Source of the DNA: Bacteroidota bacterium
GTDB lineage: Bacteria > Bacteroidota > Bacteroidia > Flavobacteriales_D > Crocinitomicaceae
Direction of reading: 5' to 3'
DNA length: 64,000 bases
Assembly (NCBI GenBank): GCA_041191025.1
Contig: JBEEPQ010000005.1
Location: 210,204 to 274,203, forward strand
Position 1 is the first letter of the stretch. Each line of letters opens with the position of its first letter. Positions 20,820-31,441 of the stretch are shown here, piece by piece. The translations under genes were made by a program, and so were the position numbers. Below the pieces are notes generated by a model. The model saw only the letters and a list, made by a program, of their open reading frames with translations, searched no databases and was not told where the DNA came from.

Positions 20820-23800
20820 TTATTCTACGACTACCTTATAGTTCCATATAGTTTTTTCTCCTTCGATGTGCAATAAATACCATCCCGCCGAAAGGGTAGA
20901 AGGAAGGTTTCCATGAAATTCGTTCTCAGCAGTTGCTTCCCATACCCGTTTACCTTTTCCATCAAATATGCTTAAGCTAGATTTTGGTAAATTCTTGATG
21001 TTAATGGTTCCGCCTGCTCGGAGCGGATTGGGGTATACGCTAGGAGCCTGTATGTTTTCAACCTCATTAATCCCAACAGAACTGCCTAAATTAATATTGT
21101 CTAAGTATAAGATATTACCCCAGTCGCCTTTGTTTCTAAACGCAACTTGTACGTTGTTTTGTCCGGCCCATGTTGCTAAATTCACCGTATCCGTTCGCCA
21201 TTGAGTAGAAGTAGGAGCAAATTCAGATTGATTGTCAGGTGCCGTGGCAAGATTTTCTCCTCCTCGATAATACACGTATTGATAGCTTGCCCCACAGTCT
21301 GTTGAAACCCCAACATATAAGGAGTCAGAATATCCTGCACCCCAGCGACAATAAGCAACATCAAAGGTTAATAAGGGTTGGTTCACTAATTGAGCCCCAT
21401 CGATATTGAAGATTAAATCGTCTAAACTCCCTTGAGAATCAATGTTGTAATTATCAAATTTCGCGGATTTCGACGAGTTTGAATAACCGCCTATCGTTGA
21501 GGAGTTACTCCAGGTTCCTCCGTTATCTTCGTTTTCAATACTCCATCCATTGGGTAAGAAATTTCCTTCAAATCCTTCCTGAACAATCCCAGGTAAGGTG
21601 TACTGCGTAACCGTTACAGAAAGTGTATCGCTGTCGGTTTGACCGTTTCCATCAGTTATAGTTAATATGGCTTGATGAGTCCCAATACCAAACAAAACGG
21701 CTGGATTTCTCATGGCAGAAGTGCTTGGCGATCCGGTAGGGAAACTCCAGTTCCATGTGGCATTTTGATGGTTTAACACGGAATGATCTTCGAAATAAAA
21801 CGAATCACTTGCACAAATCACAGTTTGTGAAAGTTTATCGACCATAATTCTACAAATGGGGGCGTTCGGTGCCTCATTCAGGGCGCTTTCCCAGATTCCC
21901 TTTCCATATGAAGCCATGCGGATTTTACCATCTCGATAGAATGGACGTAAAATGTTTCCATTAATCTGAGTTGGGAGTCCTGCATTATCCAACAACCAGG
22001 AAGTAGTGGTATTTCTGTAATATACCGCTTTATTGGTTGCGCAATACACGCCACTGTTGGTGCCTCCAATGGTCAGAATACTCTGTACACTTTCGTTGTT
22101 GAGTACGTTGGTGCTTATGTTTGTAAACGAAATTCCGCCATCTGTACTTTCAAAGGTTTTATTTCCATTCGACCCACTCGGATAGGCAATGAATAAGTGA
22201 TTGTCATTGGCGGGATCTAAGGTAAGCAGCATCCGTCGGCTATTTCCAGCAGGGATTGATAGTTGATTCCATGTGATTCCACCATCCGTAGATTTCCATA
22301 ACTTACCTAGGTTCCCGGAGGCTGGTTGCTGATTCAGGTAAATGATGTTTGGATTTTCACTTCCGATCTCTATATACTTCACTTGATCTCCAGCGGCTGT
22401 CCCAAAGGAATACACTAAATTAAATGAAACCCCTCCATCATTGGTTTTCCAGAGTGAATTATCCTTTCCAAGGTAACCGATGCTGTAGCAATTGGGTTGA
22501 AATTCAAATTCGCTTGATTCTGCAGCCCAATAGCTTTCATTAGGTGACATGCCAAACGGAGCCCCTGTGATTGGATTTGCTAAGCTAGTTGGTAGTGTTT
22601 TTCCACCAATATCCGAATAATAGGTAATTCTGTTTCTTCCGGGATTAACATATCCCGTAGGGGCTTCACCACCTCCTAAATTCAAGAAATTGCCGGCGCC
22701 ATAGTTTTCATGGTACCCTTGGTTTCCATTGTGATACAAGCCACCAACCAACACATCTTCATTCCATCCCGCACCAAACCCCCAAAAGTCTGAAGCGCGA
22801 ACTCCCGACATCTTGAAATCGGGTTGGGTCGATAAAAAATCGGTCGATTTATAGATTCCACCATCGGTGGTAATCCATGTATTTCCATTCACCTGACGAA
22901 AATCTTGATTATCTACATGTAGAGAAAGTGGACCGCCAACGTATCCGGAGACACTTGTGTAACTTGCGCCACCGTCAATTGAGCGATACAAGTTGAGGCC
23001 ACCTACCAAAATTTCATCTGCGTTGTTTGGATTGGCAAGTATGGCACAGTTATAAAATCCTTGATGATATAGCCATGTAGACGTGCCAATCGCTAAATTG
23101 GGATGTACTGCTGAATACGGTCCACCATCTTGTCCGTAGGCATTTACCCAAGAGTTTCCTGCATTGTCGCTTTTATAGATGCTGATAAATCCGTAGTCGT
23201 TAGCTTTCGCTTCGCCAATTAAATATACATAGATTCGATTCGGGTTGGCAGGGGTAAGGGCAATTCGGGCACCGCCATCGTTGCGCGCAGGATCTACTGA
23301 ACTATACCAACCGTTGCTCTGTGTGGTCCATGTTGCACCAAAATCCGTAGATTTTAAAAATCCGCAAATATTCAAGTTGGGGTCGTGTTTTACAAGGTAT
23401 TGTTCCTGTGCATTCAAGACATTCGGTTTAATGTCGTAACACGCATCACCCCATAATTGGGTCCAAGTTGTACCACCATCCGTAGATCGATGCAATCCTT
23501 TGTCTGATGCCACCAATACGATGTTTTCATTTCCTGGAACGATTAGAATTTCATTTACGCCAAACCCAGAATTAGGCAATACATTGGTCCATGTGGATCC
23601 GCCATTTAAGCTACGGTAAACCCCATTGTTTCCACCGGCAAAAAAGAGCAGGGGATTGGTAGGACTTACTTCTACGGCACTTACACCGCTCGAGAAATCT
23701 AATCCCATAGAAATACAGGTCCAGTTTTGTCCACCATCCGTACTTTTATAAACCTCTCCAGGTTCGGTACCGCAAATTACCGTATTCGGTGAGCCTGCAC

Positions 23801-24206
23801 ATTGATCTAAACTATAAATATTTGCTTGGTCGCCTCCTTGACCTCCGCCTTGTGAATAGGTAGTGATTGGTCCAACCACAGACCACGACGAAGATTTAAT
23901 TATGCTCGGTTTTGGATTGGAATTAACTGCTTGTAAGACAATATATCCCGCATCATTCAGTTGGGTAGAGTAGGTACGCACCCAACGTTTGTAGTATTGG
24001 GTATGGTAGCTTTTTTCAAAGGGATGCGTTCGGTAATACGCATTGTACGCTGCACTTACTTCCAGCATGTTTGGATTGTCGCCATACATGAGTTGAGCCC
24101 ATTGTGGTAAGGTTGAAATTTCCACAGCGGATGGTTTCTTCATGAGTTGGGCAATGCTTAAGGTAAAGCTGCAGATCAGTAGGGTGGTGAATACGAGGTG
24201 TTTCAT
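20820..24206 (-). CDS. BNR/Asp-box (sortilin/VPS10-like) beta-propeller protein with T9SS type A C-terminal domain
   Basis: Repeated S.DGG.(T/N)W Asp-boxes and a PKD-like segment. C-terminus VYPNP...INIKNL...GWYLLHIEG...KVVVE. Confidence 0.8.
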   Translation of the reverse strand: MKHLVFTTLLICSFTLSIAQLMKKPSAVEISTLPQWAQLMYGDNPNMLEVSAAYNAYYRTHPFEKSYHTQYYKRWVRTYSTQLNDAGYIVLQAVNSNPKPSIIKSSSWSVVGPITTYSQGGGQGGDQANIYSLDQCAGSPNTVICGTEPGEVYKSTDGGQNWTCISMGLDFSSGVSAVEVSPTNPLLFFAGGNNGVYRSLNGGSTWTNVLPNSGFGVNEILIVPGNENIVLVASDKGLHRSTDGGTTWTQLWGDACYDIKPNVLNAQEQYLVKHDPNLNICGFLKSTDFGATWTTQSNGWYSSVDPARNDGGARIALTPANPNRIYVYLIGEAKANDYGFISIYKSDNAGNSWVNAYGQDGGPYSAVHPNLAIGTSTWLYHQGFYNCAILANPNNADEILVGGLNLYRSIDGGASYTSVSGYVGGPLSLHVDNQDFRQVNGNTWITTDGGIYKSTDFLSTQPDFKMSGVRASDFWGFGAGWNEDVLVGGLYHNGNQGYHENYGAGNFLNLGGGEAPTGYVNPGRNRITYYSDIGGKTLPTSLANPITGAPFGMSPNESYWAAESSEFEFQPNCYSIGYLGKDNSLWKTNDGGVSFNLVYSFGTAAGDQVKYIEIGSENPNIIYLNQQPASGNLGKLWKSTDGGITWNQLSIPAGNSRRMLLTLDPANDNHLFIAYPSGSNGNKTFESTDGGISFTNISTNVLNNESVQSILTIGGTNSGVYCATNKAVYYRNTTTSWLLDNAGLPTQINGNILRPFYRDGKIRMASYGKGIWESALNEAPNAPICRIMVDKLSQTVICASDSFYFEDHSVLNHQNATWNWSFPTGSPSTSAMRNPAVLFGIGTHQAILTITDGNGQTDSDTLSVTVTQYTLPGIVQEGFEGNFLPNGWSIENEDNGGTWSNSSTIGGYSNSSKSAKFDNYNIDSQGSLDDLIFNIDGAQLVNQPLLTFDVAYCRWGAGYSDSLYVGVSTDCGASYQYVYYRGGENLATAPDNQSEFAPTSTQWRTDTVNLATWAGQNNVQVAFRNKGDWGNILYLDNINLGSSVGINEVENIQAPSVYPNPLRAGGTINIKNLPKSSLSIFDGKGKRVWEATAENEFHGNLPSTLSAGWYLLHIEGEKTIWNYKVVVE

Positions 24207-25120
24207 CGGTATCGTTGATTAAATCGGTTTTCTTGTATGGTTCTTAATGCGTTTAAATCTTCCGGAATTTCACGTTTCCATCGCTTGTGCGACCACATCC
24301 ATAGGGATGGATGAGAATTAATCGCAGTTTCCAAACGCTTAGTGTAAGCTTCCGTAAGCGTTCCAAAGGTAAGTGATTTTGGGGTTTCAGTTAAGAGTTC
24401 AAAGGTCAAGGAATAAAATCCTGGTTTTGTCATTGAAAGATTTATAAAGACCACTGCGGCATCGGTTTCATTCGCTAGCGCCTCGGTGCCAAAAGGTATG
24501 GCGGTTTGTTGATTAAGGAATTCCATCCAATAACTTTTGTTAGAGTCGCCCGGACTCTGATCCGCTAACATTAACAAAATAAAGGGCTGATTTTTTTCAT
24601 TGAGCAAATGCTCCCTGTAGTTTTTACTGTGAATCACTTTAAGGCCAAACCGCTCGCGGCGTTCGGTGAGTTTTTGTTGCCAGAACGAAGCCGAAAGGGG
24701 CATGCCAAGACCAAATACATGCGACGGAAAATGAATCCCTAAGGAAGTGATGAGCCATTCCCAATTTCCATAATGCCCGCCAACCAAGAGAATATTCCTT
24801 CCCTTTGCCCGCAATTCATTAATTAATTCGGGATTCGTGTAGGTAATTCTTGACCTTAAGGCATCAGCCGAAAAACTCAGGTTTTTAACAGCCTCAATAA
24901 ATACCGTGCTGAGATGCCAATAAAAGGCTTTAGCTTTTTCTTTGATTTGTGCTGGGGTTTCACTCGGAAAACTACGCGTAAGATTCAAAAACACCACCTT
25001 TTTTCGATAGCCAACTAATTGATATAATACGACAAATAAAAGTGGTCGCAGAACCATTAAACACTTAAGGGGCAATAAAGAAAAAGGAAATACGATGAGG
25101 GAGTAGAGAAGCCTATTCAT
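24203..25120 (-). CDS. Lipid A biosynthesis (LpxL/HtrB-family) / lysophospholipid acyltransferase
   Basis: GGHYGNWEW (HX4E) motif. Start trimmed to the ATG at 25120, which forms an ATGAATAG overlap with the rarA stop. Confidence 0.75.
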   Translation of the reverse strand: MNRLLYSLIVFPFSLLPLKCLMVLRPLLFVVLYQLVGYRKKVVFLNLTRSFPSETPAQIKEKAKAFYWHLSTVFIEAVKNLSFSADALRSRITYTNPELINELRAKGRNILLVGGHYGNWEWLITSLGIHFPSHVFGLGMPLSASFWQQKLTERRERFGLKVIHSKNYREHLLNEKNQPFILLMLADQSPGDSNKSYWMEFLNQQTAIPFGTEALANETDAAVVFINLSMTKPGFYSLTFELLTETPKSLTFGTLTEAYTKRLETAINSHPSLWMWSHKRWKREIPEDLNALRTIQENRFNQRYR

Positions 25121-26396
25121 TCGTACCGTATTTATCGTTCCATAATTGGTAGAGTTGCTTCGCAATTTCTTGTTCTTTTGCGCTGCTTCCCGCTTTAAAG
25201 AAATTACTTCCAGTGATAGCATCAGGTAGAAATTCTTGGACTACAAAATTTCCTGGGAAATCGTGGGCATATAAATAGCCTTCGCCATATCCTAATTCTT
25301 CCATCAACGCTGTGGGGGAATTGCGTAGGGGAAGAGGCACAGGTAAATCTCCGGTTTTAGCTACCAGTTCTTGCGCTCGATTAATGGCTTGATAGGCGGC
25401 GTTTCCTTTGGGCGAGGAGGCCAGATAAATCGTACACTGGGAGAGTACGATGCGTGATTCGGGCCAACCTAATTTTGATACGCTGTCAAAGGTGGTGTTT
25501 GCGATTAATAAGGCATTTGGATTAGCCAATCCAATATCTTCGGAAGCGATAATTAAGAGGCGACGAGCAATGAATTTGGGATCCTCTCCACCCGCAATCA
25601 TTCGCGCTAACCAATACACTGCAGCGTTGGGGTCGCTGCCGCGAACCGATTTAATAAATGCAGAAATAATATCGTAATGCTGTTCGCCGTCTTTGTCATA
25701 CCTTGACAGGCTTTGTTGCGCATTGGCAAACACGTACTCATTCGTGATGATTAAGGGTTGATTGGCAGGCGCACTTCCGACTAAAAGCTCAAATACATTA
25801 AGTAATTTTCGTGCATCACCCCCAGAAATAGCCAGTAAGGCTTCCGTTTCTTGTAACGTTATATCCTTGGACTTCAACCAAGAATCTTTGCTTAAGGCTC
25901 GAGTTAAGAGCAATTCCAAATCTACTTTGTTGTGACTTTGTAAGGTATATACCTGACAGCGGGAAAGTAGGGCAGCAATCACTTCGAACGATGGATTTTC
26001 TGTGGTGGCACCCATCAAGGTAACCGTTCCTTTTTCAACTGCTCCGAGCAAGGAATCTTGTTGTGCTTTTGAAAAGCGATGAATCTCATCAATAAATAAC
26101 ACCGCACCCCCTTGTTGAAACATTCCTCCTTTTTCCGCTTGCTGAATCACTTCACGGACTTCTTTAACGCCTGAAGAAATCGCCGAAAGTTTATAAAATG
26201 GTCTTTTTAAGTGTGTAGCAATTAAATTCGCAAGGGTCGTTTTACCAACACCTGGTGGTCCCCAAAAAATCATGGATGGAAGCACGCCAGCATCGATCGA
26301 TTTACGCAAGGGGGCATCTGGACCGAGCAAATGAACCTGCCCGATATAGTCATCGAGTTGGAGCGGGCGCATGCGTTCTGCGAGGGGCGTATTCAT
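25113..26396 (-). CDS. rarA: Replication-associated recombination protein A (AAA+ ATPase)
   Basis: MRP..LD...GQ..L, Walker A GPPGVGKTT, IDEIHRF, and the MgsA C-terminal domain (RGSDPNAAVYWLARM). Confidence 0.95.
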   Translation of the reverse strand: MNTPLAERMRPLQLDDYIGQVHLLGPDAPLRKSIDAGVLPSMIFWGPPGVGKTTLANLIATHLKRPFYKLSAISSGVKEVREVIQQAEKGGMFQQGGAVLFIDEIHRFSKAQQDSLLGAVEKGTVTLMGATTENPSFEVIAALLSRCQVYTLQSHNKVDLELLLTRALSKDSWLKSKDITLQETEALLAISGGDARKLLNVFELLVGSAPANQPLIITNEYVFANAQQSLSRYDKDGEQHYDIISAFIKSVRGSDPNAAVYWLARMIAGGEDPKFIARRLLIIASEDIGLANPNALLIANTTFDSVSKLGWPESRIVLSQCTIYLASSPKGNAAYQAINRAQELVAKTGDLPVPLPLRNSPTALMEELGYGEGYLYAHDFPGNFVVQEFLPDAITGSNFFKAGSSAKEQEIAKQLYQLWNDKYGTNE

Positions 26397-26470
26397 GGGT
26401 TAAAGGTACAAAATCGCATAGAGACGAACAATTGTCTGGGCAATGTTATCTTTGTAGAAAAATATACCAT

Positions 26471-27307
26471 ATGAACATTCAATCAACGCTTATTCTTTGT
26501 TTACTGCTTTTGGTGGGATGTACGTCCTCGAATAAAAAGGCCAATAGAAAAGAGCAACAAAAGACCATTTCAAAAGGAGAATATGATTCCGATGATTTTC
26601 GATCGCTTTCTCCGGAACAGGAAAAAGAAATAAAAAAGCTTATACTTCTTTTCAAGAAGAATGAAATAGAAGAAATCGTTAAACGGATATCCTATCCACT
26701 CGTTAGAGATTATCCGATTCCTGCAATACAGAATGAGGAGGAGATGAAAACTTATTTTGATGAAGTCTTTGATGAGTCACTCAAAACTGAAATTGCTAAA
26801 TCAACGCCAAGTGATTGGTCTCAAGTGGGATGGCGTGGTGTTATGTTGAATCAAGGGATAGTTTGGCTTAGTGACGATGCAACAAGCATTACGGGGATAA
26901 ATTATCGATCTAAGAAAGCCGATGAGCGATATAGTAAGTTAGTCGAGGCTCAAAAAGCCGCAGTTCACACGTCAATTTCTGAATTTAAACGTCCGATCTT
27001 TTCCTCGATTACGGCAAGCTATATGATACGAATTGATGAAATAACAGAAGGTGTTTTTCGCTATGTATCTTGGAAAGTAGGACAAAAACAATCGGAGAAA
27101 CCTGAGTTGGTTTTAAATAAAGGAAGGGTTGAATATTCTGGCTCTGGAGGAAATTGTGTATATATCTTTCGAAGTGGTAAATATATTTATCGAGTATTTC
27201 GAAATGTAATGGGTGAGGGTTATGATAAAGCTGTAACGCTTTCAGTTGAAAAAGAGGGTGTGGTTATCCTAAAGGATGATGGAGATTTGCTGAGTGAATC
27301 ATTTTGA
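26471..27307 (+). CDS. Hypothetical lipoprotein
   Basis: MNIQSTLILCLLLLVGC lipobox. The ORF-track extension to 26255 runs antisense through rarA and was trimmed. Confidence 0.55.
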   Translation: MNIQSTLILCLLLLVGCTSSNKKANRKEQQKTISKGEYDSDDFRSLSPEQEKEIKKLILLFKKNEIEEIVKRISYPLVRDYPIPAIQNEEEMKTYFDEVFDESLKTEIAKSTPSDWSQVGWRGVMLNQGIVWLSDDATSITGINYRSKKADERYSKLVEAQKAAVHTSISEFKRPIFSSITASYMIRIDEITEGVFRYVSWKVGQKQSEKPELVLNKGRVEYSGSGGNCVYIFRSGKYIYRVFRNVMGEGYDKAVTLSVEKEGVVILKDDGDLLSESF

Positions 27308-27321
27308 TTCTAATCTAAACC

Positions 27322-27352
27322 ATTCAGTTACCTTGGTTATACTATCCGAGGT
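27322..27352. repeat. Left copy of an imperfect 31-nt direct repeat (hairpin-forming)
   Basis: ATTCAGTTACCTTGGTTATACTATCCGAGGT matches 37461-37491 at 27 of 31 positions. GTTACCTTGG and CCGAGGTAAC form an inverted repeat. Confidence 0.7.
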
Positions 27353-27862
27353 AACAGCGTTAAGTCTTAGCGTAGATAACTACATTGGTATGTACAATTA
27401 ATTTAATCTCAGTAAGAATTGGTTTAGCTGCAAGAGCTTTTGCTACACTTGCGAGAACTCTGGAGGCTGTTGTGTAAATAGAAGTATGCGAATGTTGAGA
27501 AATGAAGATTTGCTTCGATTAGGAAACAAACTTCTGAAATGAAAAAGAGTGGAAAAGTCGGATTTGGGTTATTCAAGAAAGATTAGGGTACAAAATGAAA
27601 ATACATCTTTTTATTGAAATTTTAGCTAGGAATACTTTCTAGTAAAAATAGAATACGTTCTAGTTATAAATCTAATAAACTCACTCCTTTAATTCCATAT
27701 AACACTAATATACAACGCTTTACACGGATAATAGGCGATTTGTTTTGAAAAAACGAAATATCGTAATGTAAAGATTCGTTAAGAATTAATCTAATTTCGT
27801 TTCGACGTCGACATCACATCAATGAGCAAAATCTTATAATTAACAAAATTAAATCTTTCGAA

Positions 27863-28976
27863 ATGAAAAAAAATTACTTAATTAAATTTTTTTTTAGTCT
27901 GTATTGTAATTGGACAGGTTTCATGTAGTAAGTACAATGAAAACAAAAATCCTAAAGACACTGCGATTAAAACTACTAAATATGTTACATTGAAAAACGG
28001 AACAGATATTTCCGTATCTACAGATGGAAATGTATTAATTTTTAAAACTGTTGAAGATTATGAAAAAGCATTTCAAGCAGATGATAATTTAAACGATGAA
28101 GAGTTACGTACACAGCAAAACAACATTTATGAAATTATTCAAAATCTAAATTTTGATAAATTTCTAAACTCTACATGCTATCAAAATCTAATAAATTCGG
28201 TAGGCGAAGATGAATACCCTTTATTTGTATTTAAAATTCTTAACAAAGACGGAATTGTTCAAATTGGAAATTTTCTTTTTAAATTAGATTTTATTAATAG
28301 GAAAGCATATTCTCTACCAATAGAACAAAAAAATCAAAAATATAATGAATTAAAATTTGGACAATATGACCAAATAAATATAATTCAATATTCATGGGAT
28401 AAAGAGGTAATATATGAAGCTCATGGAGTTGCATATAAGTTAGGTTGCAATGAGAATTCTGCTTCTGTAAGCGATGATACATTCCCTTTTACAGATTTGA
28501 TAGAATGGGATTTTTTACTTAGCGGAAATATTTTTAATGGTCAATATAATGCGGCCATAACAAATAAAAAGTTCGATGGTGAATTAAAAGCGAAATATCG
28601 ATGGACGCCAATCGGTTGGGATTTATATAGTAAAGTAATACTGCGTCAGAAAGAAAGAACACTTTCGGTAAATACAGCTAGTGAAATTTCTTGGTCCTCA
28701 TCATGGTCAACAGCAAATATTCCTGTAAAATTAGAATGGCAACGCAGGTATAAATTAAAATGCAAGAATGATACCGGTTACCAATCACTCACAAATTATG
28801 GTACCGGTGTAGCTGTAGGCCAGTCCTGGCAAGGAATTAGAGCATGTCATAAGTATGTTTTAGGCGCAAGAGCATACGTAATGATAAATGGAAATTGGGA
28901 ATATTTAAATTTTAATACTCCTTCAAAAAATGTTAATGGGACACTTTATCAAGTTCGAATAAACAGTGGATATTGA
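27863..28976 (+). pseudogene. Secreted/lipoprotein gene interrupted by a frameshift at a T9 tract (candidate phase-variable gene)
   Basis: The ATG at 27863 encodes MKKNYLIKFFF and stops at 27926. The body frame, open from 27882, reads FFLVCIVIGQVSCSKYNENK... Removing one T from 27887-27895 joins them into a canonical signal peptide. Confidence 0.7.
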
Positions 28977-29791
28977 TGAATTTTAAAACTTTTATTTTAA
29001 TTAATCTAATTTTCGGGAGTAGCATTTGTTACTCCCAAAATTGGATTTTTAGAATTAAACCATTAATAGGATCTCCTATTATAAGCTTTCAAAAATTCAA
29101 CTCCGTAATTTTTGATAATCAAATAATTTATTCGAATGGAAATAAACCAGCAAACTTTCTATTTTCTGATAATGCCAATATTCATCCAGCATTTAATATG
29201 GATCTTTACACAGAAATTTATCAATTAAATAAAAACATTTTAATAGGTGGTGGTTTTGGATTTTACAATGGTGGGCGCGTTTTTTTAAAAGTAGCAAGCG
29301 TTCAGAATAATTCGATTTACATAGCTGAAAATCAAATTATTTTGGGTAATGGAAACTACTTTGGGAGTTCAACAATTGGGTTCAATGACTTTAATTTTTA
29401 CTTACTTGGTTCTTATGATCCAGATATAAAAATTAACTCTAATTCTCAGAACAGATCTTTGCTTTCGGTGGGGTTTGGTGTTACAAATAATAAAAAAAAT
29501 GATCGGAGTTGGATAACTCCGATAGGTGTATTTGAGTTTGAGACCTTCAAAAGGCACACCCTGCTTCCTTTTTTACTTTTCCGTTACGAACTTGAATTAG
29601 TCAACAAAAATGGAAAAAACATATTTAACTGTTATTTGAATTATCAACAAGGAATTTACAATTTCGCCAAATTAACACTGACTGATGTTTATAACCTAGG
29701 TCCATTTTCTTCACAAATTGCTACATCTCGAGGAACGAGTATTGGCATTGGCCTTACAAAACCTATCAATTGCTCGAGAAATAAAAAGTAA
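28976..29791 (+). CDS. Hypothetical secreted beta-barrel-like protein, paralog 1
   Basis: Signal peptide FILINLIFGSSICYSQ and alternating aromatic/Gly-rich segments. TGATG overlap with the upstream gene. Confidence 0.55.
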   Translation: MNFKTFILINLIFGSSICYSQNWIFRIKPLIGSPIISFQKFNSVIFDNQIIYSNGNKPANFLFSDNANIHPAFNMDLYTEIYQLNKNILIGGGFGFYNGGRVFLKVASVQNNSIYIAENQIILGNGNYFGSSTIGFNDFNFYLLGSYDPDIKINSNSQNRSLLSVGFGVTNNKKNDRSWITPIGVFEFETFKRHTLLPFLLFRYELELVNKNGKNIFNCYLNYQQGIYNFAKLTLTDVYNLGPFSSQIATSRGTSIGIGLTKPINCSRNKK

Positions 29792-29798
29792 CATTTTG

Positions 29799-30638
29799 AT
29801 GAAAAATTTTTGGACTTATTTTTTACTTTTTTTTGCAAATGTAAGCGTGGGTCAAAAATTTATTTTTGAACTCGAACCAGGACTTAAATTTGCCGGAATG
29901 AGTTTCCAAAAAAATAGTGGGAATATCAATGATGTAGTTCCATCAATTTACACTTTTCAAAATATTAATAGGGTAAATGCATTCCAAAATATTAAACACA
30001 CAAACAAATTTGGATTAGAGCCTTTAATCAATTTGTCACTAATTAGAATTAATGATCGATGGAAATTAGGGATTGGTTTATCAAGTTATATTACTAAAAG
30101 TCAAATAAATCTCTCTTGCAAAGGTTACTCGTATCTTACTTATTTAGATTCCAATATCATTTATACTGAATACATTTCTAAACTGTTAATTGCTAGATAT
30201 AATCAGTTTTATATTTATTCTACCTTAAATATCGGAAAATCAAGCTATTTGACAAATAATGTATCATTTGGATTTGGCATCAATAAACCTTCCATATTCA
30301 ACACTAAGAATGAAAAGGAATATTATCAATCTTATATTTACAATCAGCAAGGGTATGTAAAATCCATTTCATTAAACAAGTCAGATATTTGGGGATATTG
30401 TCAACCTTTTATTTCCATTAAGTACGAGCTTGGTTTTCATAATAAAAAACATTTGTATGATTTTTTTACGTTCTTTGTAATGTATGTACAAGGGTTTTCA
30501 TCGCAATATTCATTTCATTTAACTGCTCAAAACAATAATGGAAATTCAATCGATGTTACATCGATAAATAAAGGGTCAGGGTTACGAATAGGAATTTCAA
30601 AATCATTTGTTTTTGAAAAGAATTCACTTCCAAAATAA
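29799..30638 (+). CDS. Hypothetical secreted beta-barrel-like protein, paralog 2
   Basis: Signal peptide MKNFWTYFLLFFANVSVGQ. Shares FxIxPxL...SFQK and GxGxxIGxxK blocks with the preceding gene. Confidence 0.55.
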   Translation: MKNFWTYFLLFFANVSVGQKFIFELEPGLKFAGMSFQKNSGNINDVVPSIYTFQNINRVNAFQNIKHTNKFGLEPLINLSLIRINDRWKLGIGLSSYITKSQINLSCKGYSYLTYLDSNIIYTEYISKLLIARYNQFYIYSTLNIGKSSYLTNNVSFGFGINKPSIFNTKNEKEYYQSYIYNQQGYVKSISLNKSDIWGYCQPFISIKYELGFHNKKHLYDFFTFFVMYVQGFSSQYSFHLTAQNNNGNSIDVTSINKGSGLRIGISKSFVFEKNSLPK

Positions 30639-30687
30639 AATTCTGCAAACTATTTTTCTAATGTTAAACTAAGAATAATCAAGCAAA

Positions 30688-31440
30688 TTAAAAATTATTT
30701 TGCATTAATCTGTATTGCTTCCTTAATTTCTTAGTAAGGAGTAAATCTTGTTTTTCAAGTTCAATTTCTTCGTTTGTTCTTGGTGTATATATATTATGAA
30801 TTATACAAAGTCGAATGAGTTCATTTCCTGTTTTTACTTTAAACTTTTTCATGAGTTTTGTTCGAATGAGATCTAAGTTCTTCTTTGAGGTGAATACTGC
30901 ATCCGCAATTTGTTGCCCTGTACAACCATCACAAATAAGTTGAAGAATTTTCAAATCACGTTGGTCTAAATTCAATTGCTTCATTCTGTTTTGAGTTTTT
31001 CGTTCAGATGCAACTGAGTTTATAATTGCGTCATTAATGAATTCATTGGTATAACTTCCTTTTTCATGAACGGTTATAATTGCTTTGACCATTTCTTTGG
31101 TTGAACATTCTTTCAGTAAGTATGCATTTGCACCTTTAGATAGTAACTCAAAAGCAATTTCTAAATCATCGTGCATGGTGAGCATAACTACTTTTACTGC
31201 AGATTCTAGTTTGTTTAGCTCGTTTATGGTTTCTATTCCGTTTAAAACGGGCATTTCGAGATCCAAGAGCACAATATCAATTGGATTGTCTTTCAATTGA
31301 TCTAAAAAATCTTGACCATTCGCTACATCAAAGACCAATTCAAATTCTGGAATATCAGCCAACATTTTTGAAATGGCATTTCTTACAACTTCGTGATCTT
31401 CCACTAAGCCGATTTTGATTTTATTATTAACGTTTGACAT
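30688..31440 (-). CDS. NarL/LuxR-family response regulator
   Basis: REC domain (IGLVEDHEVV..., LLDLEMP) plus a LuxR HTH (LDQRDLKILQLICDGCTGQQIADAVF.S). Confidence 0.9.
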   Translation of the reverse strand: MSNVNNKIKIGLVEDHEVVRNAISKMLADIPEFELVFDVANGQDFLDQLKDNPIDIVLLDLEMPVLNGIETINELNKLESAVKVVMLTMHDDLEIAFELLSKGANAYLLKECSTKEMVKAIITVHEKGSYTNEFINDAIINSVASERKTQNRMKQLNLDQRDLKILQLICDGCTGQQIADAVFTSKKNLDLIRTKLMKKFKVKTGNELIRLCIIHNIYTPRTNEEIELEKQDLLLTKKLRKQYRLMQNNF

Positions 31441-31441
31441 A

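Noticed and set aside
24203-25222. Long N-terminal extensions in the ORF track (also 26255-27307, 45423-46502, 49480-50262, 61475-62263)
   Set aside because: The extensions overlap the neighbouring well-supported gene or lack a sensible N-terminus. Internal ATGs give canonical N-termini or signal peptides, so the starts were trimmed.
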